Source: Sminthopsis crassicaudata (Eukaryota). Taken from it: a DNA stretch of 64,000 nt. Positions 27,301 to 39,209 of this stretch are shown here, piece after piece. A program made the position numbers and the translations under genes. The notes beneath the pieces were generated by a model. That model was not told where the DNA came from and made no database searches. It saw only the letters and a program-made list of their open reading frames with translations. Where the stretch lies: the NCBI RefSeq assembly GCF_048593235.1, contig NC_133618.1, positions 567,070,889-567,134,888 of the forward strand. The letters run 5' to 3'. Position 1 is the stretch's first letter; every line of letters starts with the position of its first letter.

Positions 27301-30300
27301 TTCACTGACAGCCCCCATGCCATAACATGCTCTTCCTTTTCTGTCTCTTGGCTTTAAGTCCTGGCTGAACTCCTTCCTTCCACAAGATCTTCACCATCCC
27401 CCTAATGCTAATGCCCTTCCTCTGCAGGCTCTCTCTGACCCTTCCGGCATATATATTGGTTGTACATGGTTACTTTCATGTTGTCTTCTCCACTGGGCTA
27501 GGAGCTCCTTGAGGTCTGGGACCATCCTTTGCCTTTGTCTTTGCACTTCGCCCAGTGCCTGACGCACAGTAGGTGCTTGCCTTGGCTTCCTGAGCTCTGG
27601 CATCTAGACCTGGCAGTGCTGTTGCGATCTCTGAGAAGCCATGCCTTATCTTAATGCTTATTCTTAAGGATGTGGGACTCACAGTGGAGAGCATCTTGGA
27701 GAAGGCAGCAGCCGTCAGTATGAACATTCTCACCCCTCTCTCTAGGTTACCACGCAGGAAGCACTTAGCAGCGTGTAGGTTAGACCTGCTGCTGCTTCTC
27801 TAAACATCTTACATGTTGACACTGTTGTCCCGGCAGCCATTCATGACTGGTTGGGTCAAATCTTATTTTTTCTTTTCAAGTGATTTGCTCAGCATTTTTA
27901 TACGAATTATTTTTGTACAAATTGTCTCAAATGTTTCCAGAAAAGTACAAGTTGCAAGGAACCTAAATCCCAACGATTTCTTGTGTATTGAGGTGTGACT
28001 CCGAATTATTGTTCTCCCTTTCATTCCTCCCTCCTCCTTACCTCCACCGTCTCATGGGGATTCTGCAGGGCCTGGACCCTGACTGACTTTTCAGAAATTG
28101 TTCACCACCTCTGGGAGGTAGGCTCTGGATGAACAGCATTTAGCCACCCCCGTGATGGCAGCGTCTCTCTCCCCAGGCTCACAGGAGCGGACAGTGTGGA
28201 GATTCGAAGCAGAGGGCATCACCAATTACACAGCACTGTTGCTGAGCAAAGATGGAAAAACACTGTTTGTGGGGGCCCGAGAGGCCCTCTTTGCTCTCAG
28301 TAGCAATAGCAGTTTCCTGCCCGGGGGGCACTACCAGAAGGTGAGAGAGTCAGGGATCTGGGGGAGGGGTGGGTAAGGTGAAAGAAAGAACAGGAGGGCA
28401 GGCAGATTGGACCTTGGGCCTTCTGGGACAGAATTTGTAACATACCAAAGGAGAAATGTTAATTAATTTTCTACAGAATGGTTCCCTTTTTGTTATTGTT
28501 CTGCTAAGTCCTTTCAAAAAGCACACACACACACACACACACAGAGCTTGTAATTTAATATAGCATTCATAATATTCTTTGCAATAATTTATTGCTTAAG
28601 GAGCCATTAAAGCATATTTAGCTTGGACCATCATCACAAACCCCCAGGGCTGGAGAACTAATGGGAATCTTAATACTATCCTCCCTCTTTCTTATTATTA
28701 ACCTTGTTCTTTTGGGGGGGGAATCTTCTAGCTGCTGTGGCCTGCTGACCCAGAGAAGAAACACCAGTGTGTCTTTAAAGGAAAGGATTCACAGGTGAAT
28801 AAGGGGGGAAAGAGGGGATAGAGAGAGAGGAGCCAATAGCAGGTTGTGGGAGGATCTGGCCCCCACAGAGAGTCCCCCCCCCCCAAAGCAATCCTGACTA
28901 ATCCCTTGTTTGATTGGATATTAAGGGATTTTATCCAGTTACAAGTGAATAACCATTGACCTCTACCTTAGCCAGCTACAATGAGAAAAAGAATGGGTCA
29001 CTCAGAAGGGAATCTTCCCTTCTGGTGGAGAGTAGACCTTATCTCTGGTGCTCCTGATTATTGAGCTCCTGAGAGACATGGCTCGTGACGTTTCTGAGCC
29101 CCTTTGTTTTGGCCAAACCCCTGTAGTTTGTTAGGACTGGGGTAGTCGTCCCTAACCCTAACCCTGTCCAGAGCTCCAGAAGATGGCCTTGAGAACTTCA
29201 GACTGTGACTCCATCTTCCCCTAGCTCAGTCACTTCAGTGACATCTGGGAGTTCAGTCCAAGCCTGAGGCCACCCAGGTCCGTGCAGTCAGTCCTCTTCC
29301 TTAAGAAACCGGGAGCTGGCCTGTATTTCTTATGATGAGACTCAGTATTTGTCTATGATGATGAAAGAAGGAATGAGGGGAGGGGGCACAGGATGATAAC
29401 GCTCGCTTCTTCCTCCTAGAGGGACTGTCACAACTACATCAAGCTTCTCCAGCCACTCAACAGCAGCCACTTGTACACCTGTGGTACAGCTGCCTTCAGC
29501 CCAGTCTGTGCCTACATAGTAAGTGGCAGCCCCAGCGACCCACTCCCGCTTCCTGCAGCCCCCCAGTGCAATCTCAGTTCTCGGACAGGCCAGGGTAACC
29601 AGGAAAGGCACCAGATGCCCCTGGCTCTTGTCACTGCATGTAGGGAAGTTGTTTCAACTAGGCCTGAAAATCCTGGGGAGAGGAACATAGGATTCACAAG
29701 TCTGGGGCTGGAAGAGAGCTCAGCTCCTTCTACTCCAACTCCCTCGTTTTACAGATCTGGAGGGTTTTAGTCACTTGCTCAAGGTCATGTCTGTCAGGAA
29801 GTGTGTGCGGAGAGAGTTAACCCAGGTCTCCCAAGGCAGCTGGATGAAACAGTGGCTAGAACACTGGGCCTGGAAGAGTCGCCAGTCATCCCACCATGAC
29901 TACGAGTGGGAAAGGCTTAGCCTAGAATTCATCTCTGACTTTGTGTCAGTTGTATTGGTTTAGCTCAGCCTAGGGAGGATCATCAAATGGCTCAAATGTT
30001 AGAGGGATTTTTAGTCAGGACCATCTATTAATAATGGCATGGAATGGTGCACTTGACAGCATTGATGGAAGGAGGACCTCTCCCTTTGAGATCAGATCCT
30101 TAACATTTCTGCCTTCTGGGGCAGCTAGGTGGCGCAGTGGACAGAGCACCAGCCTTGAATTCAGGAGGACCGGAGTTCAAATCTGCTCTCAGACACTTAA
30201 CACTTCCTAGCTGTGTGACCCTGGGCAAGTCACTTAACTAACCCCAGCCTCAGGAAAAAAAAATTCTGCCTTCTCTGAGAGCTCATTCATATGCACACAA

Positions 30301-33300
30301 ATCTGTTCCACACACACAATCTCTCTGACTCACCCAGTTTCCTCTGTCACATAACCATGCTCTTCCGTACAATGCTTTAACGTATGCAGAATGCTTTCCT
30401 ATGTGTGATCTCATTTGATCCTCACCACAATTCTGTGCAGTGGATGTCAGATGTCCCTTTGCAGACAAGGAAACTGAGACTGAAAGTAACTTGGCCAATG
30501 ATACAAAGTGTCTGAAGCAAAATTTGAACTCAGGGCTTACTCTCATGTCCAGCACTCTATCCACAGTCCTACCTAGCTGTTGCTGTAGTTGCTTATTTCT
30601 CTATTAACACATACCACAGATCTCTTCCTTGTCTTATACTGACATAGCTCTCTCTTTATATTTATATATATCCCTTTCACACTTAAAATTTTATTTTATT
30701 ATGAATATAACATCAGTAAACACCATTCTTTTCAATATACAAATAAGAGAACAAAGAGCTTTATAGGAACCCGCAGACTAATTTTACATACATTTTAAAA
30801 GTATCTGTGAAATCTTCAAAATTACATCTTTTGGGGGAGTCTAAACCTGTGATATTTCACAGGTTTAAGGTGCTTTCTGGTGAGCAGACTCCCTTTGCCC
30901 ATGCAGTTCAGCAACTGTTCCGTAACTTAGTTTCTGTTGTCTAAGGCACTGCAAGATTCAATCAATCAACTAATAAACATTAATTATCCAATTAAATTGG
31001 GTAATTTACTATGTGCCACTACATAGTAGTGCTAGGACAGCTAGAAGGAAAAGTGCATAAAGTCAGGAGGATTCATCTCCCTGAGGTCCAATCTGGCCTC
31101 AGACACTTTCTAGCTGTGTGACCCTGGGGAAGGTGTTTCACCTGCTTGCCTCAGTTTCCTCATAAGTGCAATGAGCTGGAGAAGGAAAAGGCAAACTGCT
31201 GCAGTATTGAGGAAAAACCCACCTGGGGTCACAAAGAGTCATACGTGACTGAAAACAGCCGGCCACCCACAAAACTTTGCCAGCACTGCTCTAAGCCACG
31301 GGGATTCAAAGAGCAAGTTCTGCCCTCATAGAGCTTACAGTCAAATGGAGAGAACATCCAAACAAGCTGAAAACAGGATAAATAACCAAGGGAAGGCTCT
31401 AGAATTTGAGAGTCAATGATTTGCCCAGGGTCCCGGTATGTGCCAATTGGGCTTGAACCCAAGTATTCCCAAGCCCATTATCTAGCAGCCATACTCAGCT
31501 GCCTCTTCTCATGGCCTTTCCACTTTCCTTGTCCTCAAACACCCTGATTGACCCATGACCCCTTGGCTGCTGTGACCCTGCTCCAGGGTTCTGAATGGCC
31601 CCATTTGTCTTTACCTTAGAACATTCAGAACTTCAGCTTGGAGCGAGATGCAGCGGGGAACATTCTGCTAGAAGATGGGAAAGGTCGCTGTCCATTTGAC
31701 CCGGAGTACAAATCGACAGCCATCATGGTTGGTAAGCATCTGGTGTTCTCCTAGGAGCAGAATATGTAGACCTCCAGAGGTCTGGAATGGGGACATTGGG
31801 TTCCCTAGCACAAGGAGGCTCTGGAAAAGGTTCTTGAGAAAAAACTGCCAGGATGACCTTTCACGTAAGGCCGAGTCTGGACCTGGCTGGGAAGCTGCCA
31901 TAGTCCCTTCCTTTTTTCCCCCTTCTTCCCATTTTTGCCACTTTTATGTAATCTTTGTTTTGAGGATAGAATTGTAGAACCATAGCATAGCTTGAGAATG
32001 TCATTAGAGATGATCGAAATAACACTCGATGTCACAAAGTGTGTCTGGATTGCTGTTACAAGGAAGGGTTCTATTGGCCAGGTGGAATAATTGGAGGACT
32101 TACTGGGAAGTGATTTTTTTTTTTTTTTTTAAAGGTACCAATAAAATGATTTTCCTAAGTTGTCACTATGTGCCCCTAGGGTTTGTTTTCTTTGACATTG
32201 ATTCTATTCCTAGGTCTAAATTTAATTTAGGACATATTCGTACCCCAGGGCCCCAAAACCAAGATGAAATGAACCTTCAAGTTGCTTTCGCAGTCCCTAC
32301 TCGGCTTGGAGAGGAGCTGATTCTCGCAATGGGGGCTGCTCTGGGGCTGTTCCCATGGGAATGTTTCTCTTGGCAGATGGCAAGCTCTATGCCGGAACAG
32401 TCAGCAACTTCCAGGGGAACGAGCCAACCATCTCCCAGAGCCAGGGGAATCGCCTCACCCTCAAGACTGAGAACTCCCTCAACTGGCTTCAAGGTGAAGA
32501 TTTCCCCCCTCCCCTCCAACCCCATCCTTCGGGGCTAGCCCTGCCTGCCTGGACTCAGAGGAACATCTTTGTCCCAGGATGAATGGAGAGGGCCCCAACT
32601 GGAGGACAAGCCTGGTGCAATGGCCCAGCACGGGAGGGTTGTGCCAGAGGAATTGTGTCCTAGCCACTGTGAATCTGGCAAGGTCCTTGAGTGGAGAGCA
32701 GGTTCTTTCTCCTCATGGGATGGATGCCATGGGGCTCCCCTTCTGCTTCCTCCACCAACTCTGAGCCTTTTCCCACCCCACACAGACCCGGCCTTTGTGA
32801 GCTCCGCTTACATTCCTGAGAGCCTAGACAACCCACGGGGGGATGATGACAAAATCTACTTCTTCTTCAGCGAGACTGGCAAGGAGTTTGACTTCTTTGA
32901 GAACACTGTTGTGTCCCGAATTGCCCGTGTGTGCAAGGTGAGGGTCAGAATCTAACAAAAAATGAAATTTGCTGGGAGAAAAATGTACTTTCTCCTTTCC
33001 CCCCCTCAGTTTTCTTCAGTCTGGGTCTCTCATTTGCCCTTCTCAGTCCTACCTGTCAGATTTATTTGTGTCCCAATAAGAAGCTCCATGAGGGCAGCAG
33101 AGACTGTACCTAAGTACAATGCCCTTCCTGTAGGTGTTTCATAGAAGTGGGCTATGCTGGGGTTCTGTGAGAGACTTCACAGTCAGCACACCTGAGATCT
33201 GTCCTTTTCTAATAGCTGTGAGCTTTCAGAGCTGGGGATTGGGCAGGAGTAACCTGCATACCAACTGACCCCTTTAGGTGCTCCTCTCTTCAGAGATCCT

Positions 33301-36300
33301 CACTCAAATCCTTGCCTTCCCACATGGTTTCACAAAACCCAACCTGATTTTTCTCTCCTGTCAGGGGGACCTTGGCGGGGAGAGAGTACTGCAGAGACGC
33401 TGGACATCTTTCTTGAAAGCTCAGTTGCTTTGCTCCCGGTCATCTGATGGTTTCCCCTTCAATGTGCTCCAAGATGTCTTTGTGCTGAGCCCTAGCCCTA
33501 AGGACTGGCAAGATACCCTTTTCTATGGAGTCTTCACTTCACAGTGGTAGGTCCCCAGTGGGACTAAGAGTCTCATTCTTAGCCCAGATGGCTGAAAAGC
33601 CAGGGAAGGTGGGGCCCTTTTAGTTTCTTCCTAATTGAACAACAGTAGATCCAAACTCTTTTGTGGGATGAGAGGAGAGGCCCCACCTACAGATACTTCC
33701 CTTGGATTTTTAGCAGACTTTTAAGGATCTTCAGCTGCCACTGGGGTCTGCACAATTCAGACACTATCTGTCTCTCTTGCAGGCATCAAGGAGCAGCAGG
33801 AGGTTCAGCCATATGTGTCTTCACCATGCAGGATGTAGAGAATGCCTTCAATGGCCTTTATAAGGAAGTAAACAGAGAAACGCAACAGTGGTATACAGTG
33901 ATGGAGTCACCAACACCCCGACCAGGAGCGGTCTGTATTCCCCTCCAACATTTTACCTTATTCTTAAAGCAGATCCTCGTGTAGCCTCAAGCAAAAGCCA
34001 CCCAGCTTTGGTCAGTTCATTCTGTCTCCAAAGTCAAAAATCCAAAACAATACCCCCCCCCCTCCCTCTCTGCAGGAAGCAGAGAAAGTTTTGAGACTGT
34101 ACACAGCCATATAGCCTTCAGTAGAGAAATGGGAACTCTGTGTATTAGGTGTATGCATACATATATGTTCATACATTTAGGCATATATGGGTATGCAGGT
34201 ATGTGGATTGACATATACACTTCATTTATACATCTCTTCTAGGCATTATTTTTTGTGTATAGCTCTATGTATATACATATAATAATAGATCTAGAAGAGA
34301 TTTTGAGTGTATAACCATTAAAGTAATATTATCCCAAGCCTGTTGGATATTTCTCCATATAGAAATACTTTTTTTTGAGTGTTAATCTTTCTTAAATTTT
34401 CTTCTTTAAATTTTTCTTTGTTGTTTTTCCTCCAGTGCATCACTAACAGTGCCCGGGAAAAGAGAATCAATTCTTCTTTGCAACTCCCTGACCGTGTACT
34501 TAACTTCCTCAAAGATCACTTTTTGATGGATAGGCAGGTCCGAAGCAGCCCGCTGCTGCTGCAGAACAGGGCTCGTTATCAGCGCCTCTCAGTGCATCGA
34601 GTCCCTGGTCTACACCGTACTTATGATGTCCTCTTCTTGGGCACAAGTGAGTTTTCTGGATTCTGAGGTTAAGGGAAGGGCCCTTGCCAAGGGTTGGCTG
34701 AGGAGTGCAGCACTTAATGGGAATCCTTCCCTTAGGAGGAGGAAGTTGAGTGTCTCTCTCTCTCTCTCTCATTTTGCAGGTGATGGCCGACTACACAAAA
34801 CTGTGAGTTCAAGACAGAGGGTACATATTATCGAGGAGATCCGGCTCTTCCCACCTGACCACCCTGTACAGAATTTACTGTTGGATCCCCAAAGAGTGAG
34901 CAAGAATATGGTTAAGAGAAAGGAGGAGATATGAGGGAGGAGGAATATTGGTCTAACTTATTCCAAATTTGTGTCCCTGGGCCACCACATTGCCATTCTG
35001 TTTTTCTCTCCCTCATTCCTTGGATTGGAATGGAGAATCTCAAGTCTGGTATCAGATCCGGACTATATAGAGTCCGGGGATATTCAGAAAAGGGACTTGG
35101 GGAACCATAGGTTGGCAGCTCTGCCATGAGGTGTAAAATCTGATCCAACCTTTTATCTTACAAACCAGAGCTGGGGATGCAAAGAGTGCATCCCTAGACA
35201 GGAGGCTCCCGCTGCTAGCTTCTTTCTCATCACTTTTTATCTCATTCAGGGGCTGCTGTATGCTTCGTCCTACTCAGCTGTGGTTCAGGTGTCTGTGGCA
35301 AACTGCAGCTTGTACACAAGTTGTGGGGAATGCATCCTGTCCCGAGACCCCTACTGTGCTTGGAGTGGTACCAGTTGCAGGGACGTCAGGCACTACCAGC
35401 CTGAACTGGCCTCACAGTAAGAAGCCTACTGCTGCTCCCCCAATGACTTCTCTCTCCTTTTGCCCCTGGGGCCATTGGCCTCCATTCTCCCCCACTGAAG
35501 TCCTTCTTCTTTCAGCCTGTGCTTAAGGGGAAGGTGGTAGAGAAAGGGGGTGGGGAGTGCTCTAGGGATGCTGGCTTACCTGTGTTCCTCCTGCCTCTTA
35601 TTCCCCTGTTTTGCTCTGTAGGAAGCAGCACCCTGTGAAACTGATCTCACTAATTTTAAAAATAATGATGCTGCTGCCGATAGCAATAAAATAGCTCACT
35701 GAATCCCACAACCAGCTTGGGATGGAGGTGCTCTCATTATCTCCATTTCACAGATGAAAAAACAAGCAAATAGGGTTATTGCCCAGGATCGCCAGGTGGT
35801 GATTGTCAGAGTTGGATTTGAATGCAGGCCTTCCTGACTCCAAACCTGGTGTTCTTGTCCATTGCTCCACCTGGCCACCCTTTTCTCTTCAAGCACTGGG
35901 ATGGAGGGCAGGTTGACTCCAGAGTCATAGGGTGAATGCTTGGACTGCCACAGTGGAGGGCCCATCTCCCAACTTTGTCATTGACTTTTCTGTCTTCCTC
36001 AGGCCATGGGTACAGGACATTGAAGCTGCCAACACCGAACAACTCTGCAACAAGTCTGCATTCAGCTCCCAGTCTCTTACATCATCAGGTAAAGTCTTCT
36101 ACTTCAGGAGGGGATAGGTGGAAGCAGCTGGGGCCATATCTGCTGCAGGGAGAGCTGACTTTTCAGGGAACAATTTGTATCGTTGCTCCCATCTCCCTTT
36201 CTGCTTACTCCCAGAATACTGGCGCTCTCCTTTCACAAACAATAATGGCAGCACTTAGCTATCCCCAAACAAAGGATAGGTCTCTAGTGTGGCCCTCTGG

Positions 36301-37128
36301 TGGGTAGCCAGACCTTATTTTTTCCTAATAAAGGGAGTCCCCAGAGTGTCTTGGGGAGCCTTTGTTCACCTGCTGTGTTTCTCCTTGGCAGGTGAGACAC
36401 CGTGCAAGCAAGTACGCTTCCTGCCCAATACTGTTAACACGCTGACCTGCCGACTGCTCTCTAACCTCGCATCCCGGCGCTGGCTACACAACAAGGCCCC
36501 CATTAACAATTCTGCCTCTTACCGTGTGCTACCCAATGGAGACCTGCTTCTGGTGGGCAGCCAGGACGGGCTGGGCTCTTTCCAGTGCTGGTCCATGGAG
36601 GAGAACTTTCAGCAGCTGGTGGCCAGCTACTGTGTGGAGGCTACTGAGGAGGCTTCAGATGGGGAGGAGGGCTTTATCATCCCCCTCATCCCTAACACCT
36701 CCCGCGTGAGCTCACCTGCCAATGGCAAGGCTGCTTTGATGCCTTACAAGACCTACTGGAACGAGTTCCTGCTAATGTGTGGTCTGTTTGGATTTGCCGT
36801 TGTACTTCTAGCCCTCTTCTTCCTTTATCGACACCGAGATAACATGAAGGTCTTCCTGAAGCAGGGAGAGTGTGCCAGTGTACATCCCAGGACCCGTCCA
36901 GTGATGCTGCCCTCTGAAAACCGCTCCCTCAATGGAAGCGGCCCCCCCAGTGCCCTGCCTGATCACAAGGGTTACCAAGCCCTTGCTGACAGCTCTCCAG
37001 GATTGCGAGCTTTCACGGAGTCAGAAAAGAGGCCACTCAGTGTTCAGGACAGCTTTGTAGAGGTGTCTCCCCCATGCCCCCGGCCCCGGGTACGGCTGGG
37101 TTCTGAGATCCGTGACTCTGTGGTATGA
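14479..37128 (+). CDS. SEMA4B: Semaphorin-4B (signal peptide, Sema, PSI, Ig-like, TM, C-terminal PDZ-binding motif DSVV), 818 aa
   Basis: Coding exons 14479-14581, 28177-28340, 28732-28794, 29420-29518, 31620-31731, 32377-32493, 32786-32937, 33365-33546, 33783-33930, 34436-34646, 34780-34895, 35250-35416, 36003-36088, 36392-37128. All introns GT-AG with consistent phases; total 2457 nt. Peptides match SEMA4B ([45 protein letters not shown]). Confidence 0.97.
18661..18860 (-). mobile_element. Older L1 3'-end fragment
   Basis: T tract followed by the reverse complement of a marsupial L1 3' UTR. Confidence 0.6.
20284..20495 (-). mobile_element. L1 3'-end fragment in SEMA4B intron 1
   Basis: Poly-T plus reverse-complement L1 3' UTR. 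TSD TAGACAAAGTATTCT (20269-20283) and TAGGCAAAGTATTCT (20496-20510). Confidence 0.85.
26275..26420 (-). mobile_element. Young marsupial CORE-SINE (WSINE1-like)
   Basis: Same family as 12834-12970. Exact 13-bp TSD GGATTTGATAAGT. Confidence 0.9.
30118..30262 (+). mobile_element. Young marsupial CORE-SINE (WSINE1-like)
   Basis: Same family. Exact 11-bp TSD TTCTGCCTTCT. Confidence 0.9.
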
Positions 37129-38337
37129 GCACAGGAGATGGGCAAACGCCAACTCTGTCCCGGACTAGGACTCCATGTAGAATGGCCAGGCCTTTCTGTT
37201 CCTCATCAAAGAGCACCCAGAAGTCAAAGAACGGAGCTAATTAGTGGGACAGCTCCTTTCTACTTCCTAAGGGAGTCTCTGGGGATGTGTACCAGCCAGA
37301 GGGAGAAGGATCATCAGCCTTACAGCCTGCCTTGTAGCCTCCTCCCCTCAACCAAGAATGAAAGAGAGGTGGTTTTGCTGGCCCTGGGTGATTACCTGGA
37401 AGCTCCACATATTGAATCTACAACCAGAAGGCCCCTAGAGGGGACCCAGTTGTTCAGTAATGTCTTTCATTCCTCAGTCTTTGCTGAGACTATTCTGACA
37501 GACTAGCTCTCCTGAGCCCTTTTGAAAACATTTTTCTTTAAAAAAAAAAAAAAAAAAATGTGAAACAAGTGGGAGGGATGAGAGGTGATCAAGAACTTTC
37601 CTTTAAGTCTTGTTCTGGAAAGGATTCAGTTCATGGGCTCCCCTTCCTTACAATTTCCTTGGGGCATTTTGGATGTACCAGGAGAATAAGATTGCCTGAG
37701 CCGGAGTTTGAAATACATCTTCTCTTCTTCAATGTGCCTCCTTTCAGTTCTTCCCATGTTCTGCTGCCAAAGTCAATCACTGCAGAGCCTCAGGGCTATC
37801 CCTGAGGCCCCCAAGGAGTCTGGTCCTTCCATGCCAAGGACCCCTGAGTGTGAGAAAGCCAAACCAGAGCACACTTTCTCCTACCTCCACAGAACTGTCA
37901 AGCTACAGACAACAGGAGAATTGTTATATCACTGCCAAACCTGCCAAGCCACAGGGACTAGTGGCTTTTCTACGTGCTCTCTTGGGACATTAGAGGGCTG
38001 GCATAAGGCTGCTGTCATCACTATATTAAGGGAGGAGATAGAATCACATTCCATTTTTTGATGGAATTCACGTTGAACATCAAAGACTAGACTGTCTTTC
38101 CTTCCTGACAATCTAAAAGAACCACTGTGTCCCCATTCTTCGTTCTCTGACCCTTTTGGACTTCCTCCTATTTTCCATAAATGACTAATCTCCCCAAGCT
38201 TAATAATTATCTGGCCCTTTGTGCTATTTCTACCCAAAGGAACAATGACACTGCCCAGTCCAGGGGCCAAGAATCTGTGGGTTTTGTATCTTTTTTTTTA
38301 ATATAAAATGCACTTTACTTTTTTTTTTTTTTTTTTT

Positions 38338-38343
38338 AATAAA
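38338..38343 (+). terminator. SEMA4B polyadenylation signal AATAAA
   Basis: AATAAA 1.2 kb after the stop, preceded by U-rich tracts and followed by GU-rich sequence. Confidence 0.75.
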
Positions 38344-39001
38344 ATCTGAAACTGAATTTTAACTTATGGCAGTGTGTCTTTCCCTCTCACACTGAATGCT
38401 GTTATTAAAAACTGGTTCTGCCTTGGGCACAGAGAAAAGCCCAATCCTTTATCTTCCTCCATCCTTATGTTGGGCCTATCTCTATATTTTGAATGAGTTT
38501 CTTCTATTTATCTTTGTTAGGTAAATATTCAGATGAGAAAGGGATGTTAGGAATCCAAACAGTTGGTCTGCTCTATAACTAAGCTACAAGAATGAGGCTA
38601 GGTGGAGATGACCAGCAGGTTTGAACTTTTTATTTTTAGGAGGCAGCTAGGGTTAAATCCAGAGTCAAAGAAGTAGTAAATGTCTGAGGCCATATTTGAA
38701 CTTGGGGCCTTCTGACTCCAAGGCTGGTGTGGTGCTCTTATCCATAGCAACTAGAGTGATATGCTGAGCACTGAACAAATCTCCCTTCTCCTAAGAGAAA
38801 GCACAGAGCAAGAAATTCATTTTGTATCCTCCATATATTCCTGCTTTATAGAAATATCTCTGCCTTGGCTCTACTGTAATTCAGAAATTCTCCACTAGTC
38901 CCTTCTCCTTACCTAATTACTAATCTTAAAAAAGATTTCTCTGCCTCAAGCTTTGTCCAATGTACCCACACTAAAACACACCTGAGCAAAACTTCCAAAC
39001 A

Positions 39002-39007
39002 TTTATT
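39002..39007 (-). terminator. CIB1 polyadenylation signal AATAAA
   Basis: TTTATT on the + strand, about 200 nt past the CIB1 stop. Confidence 0.7.
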
Positions 39008-39209
39008 ATTGATCAGTATAAACATGAACAGTGTTGTCACAATGGCAGTGAGGAGAGGAGAGCCCAGGAGCCTGGACAACTCAGTCCAGATCCTGGGCTA
39101 GCTCAAGCATGGCAACCATCTGTAAGGAGTCAGCACTGCAGGTGAGGTCAGTGCATAGAAGAGAATTTCTCAAAGACAGTTTGGTTCAGTTAGACACTGC
39201 AAGTCCTCA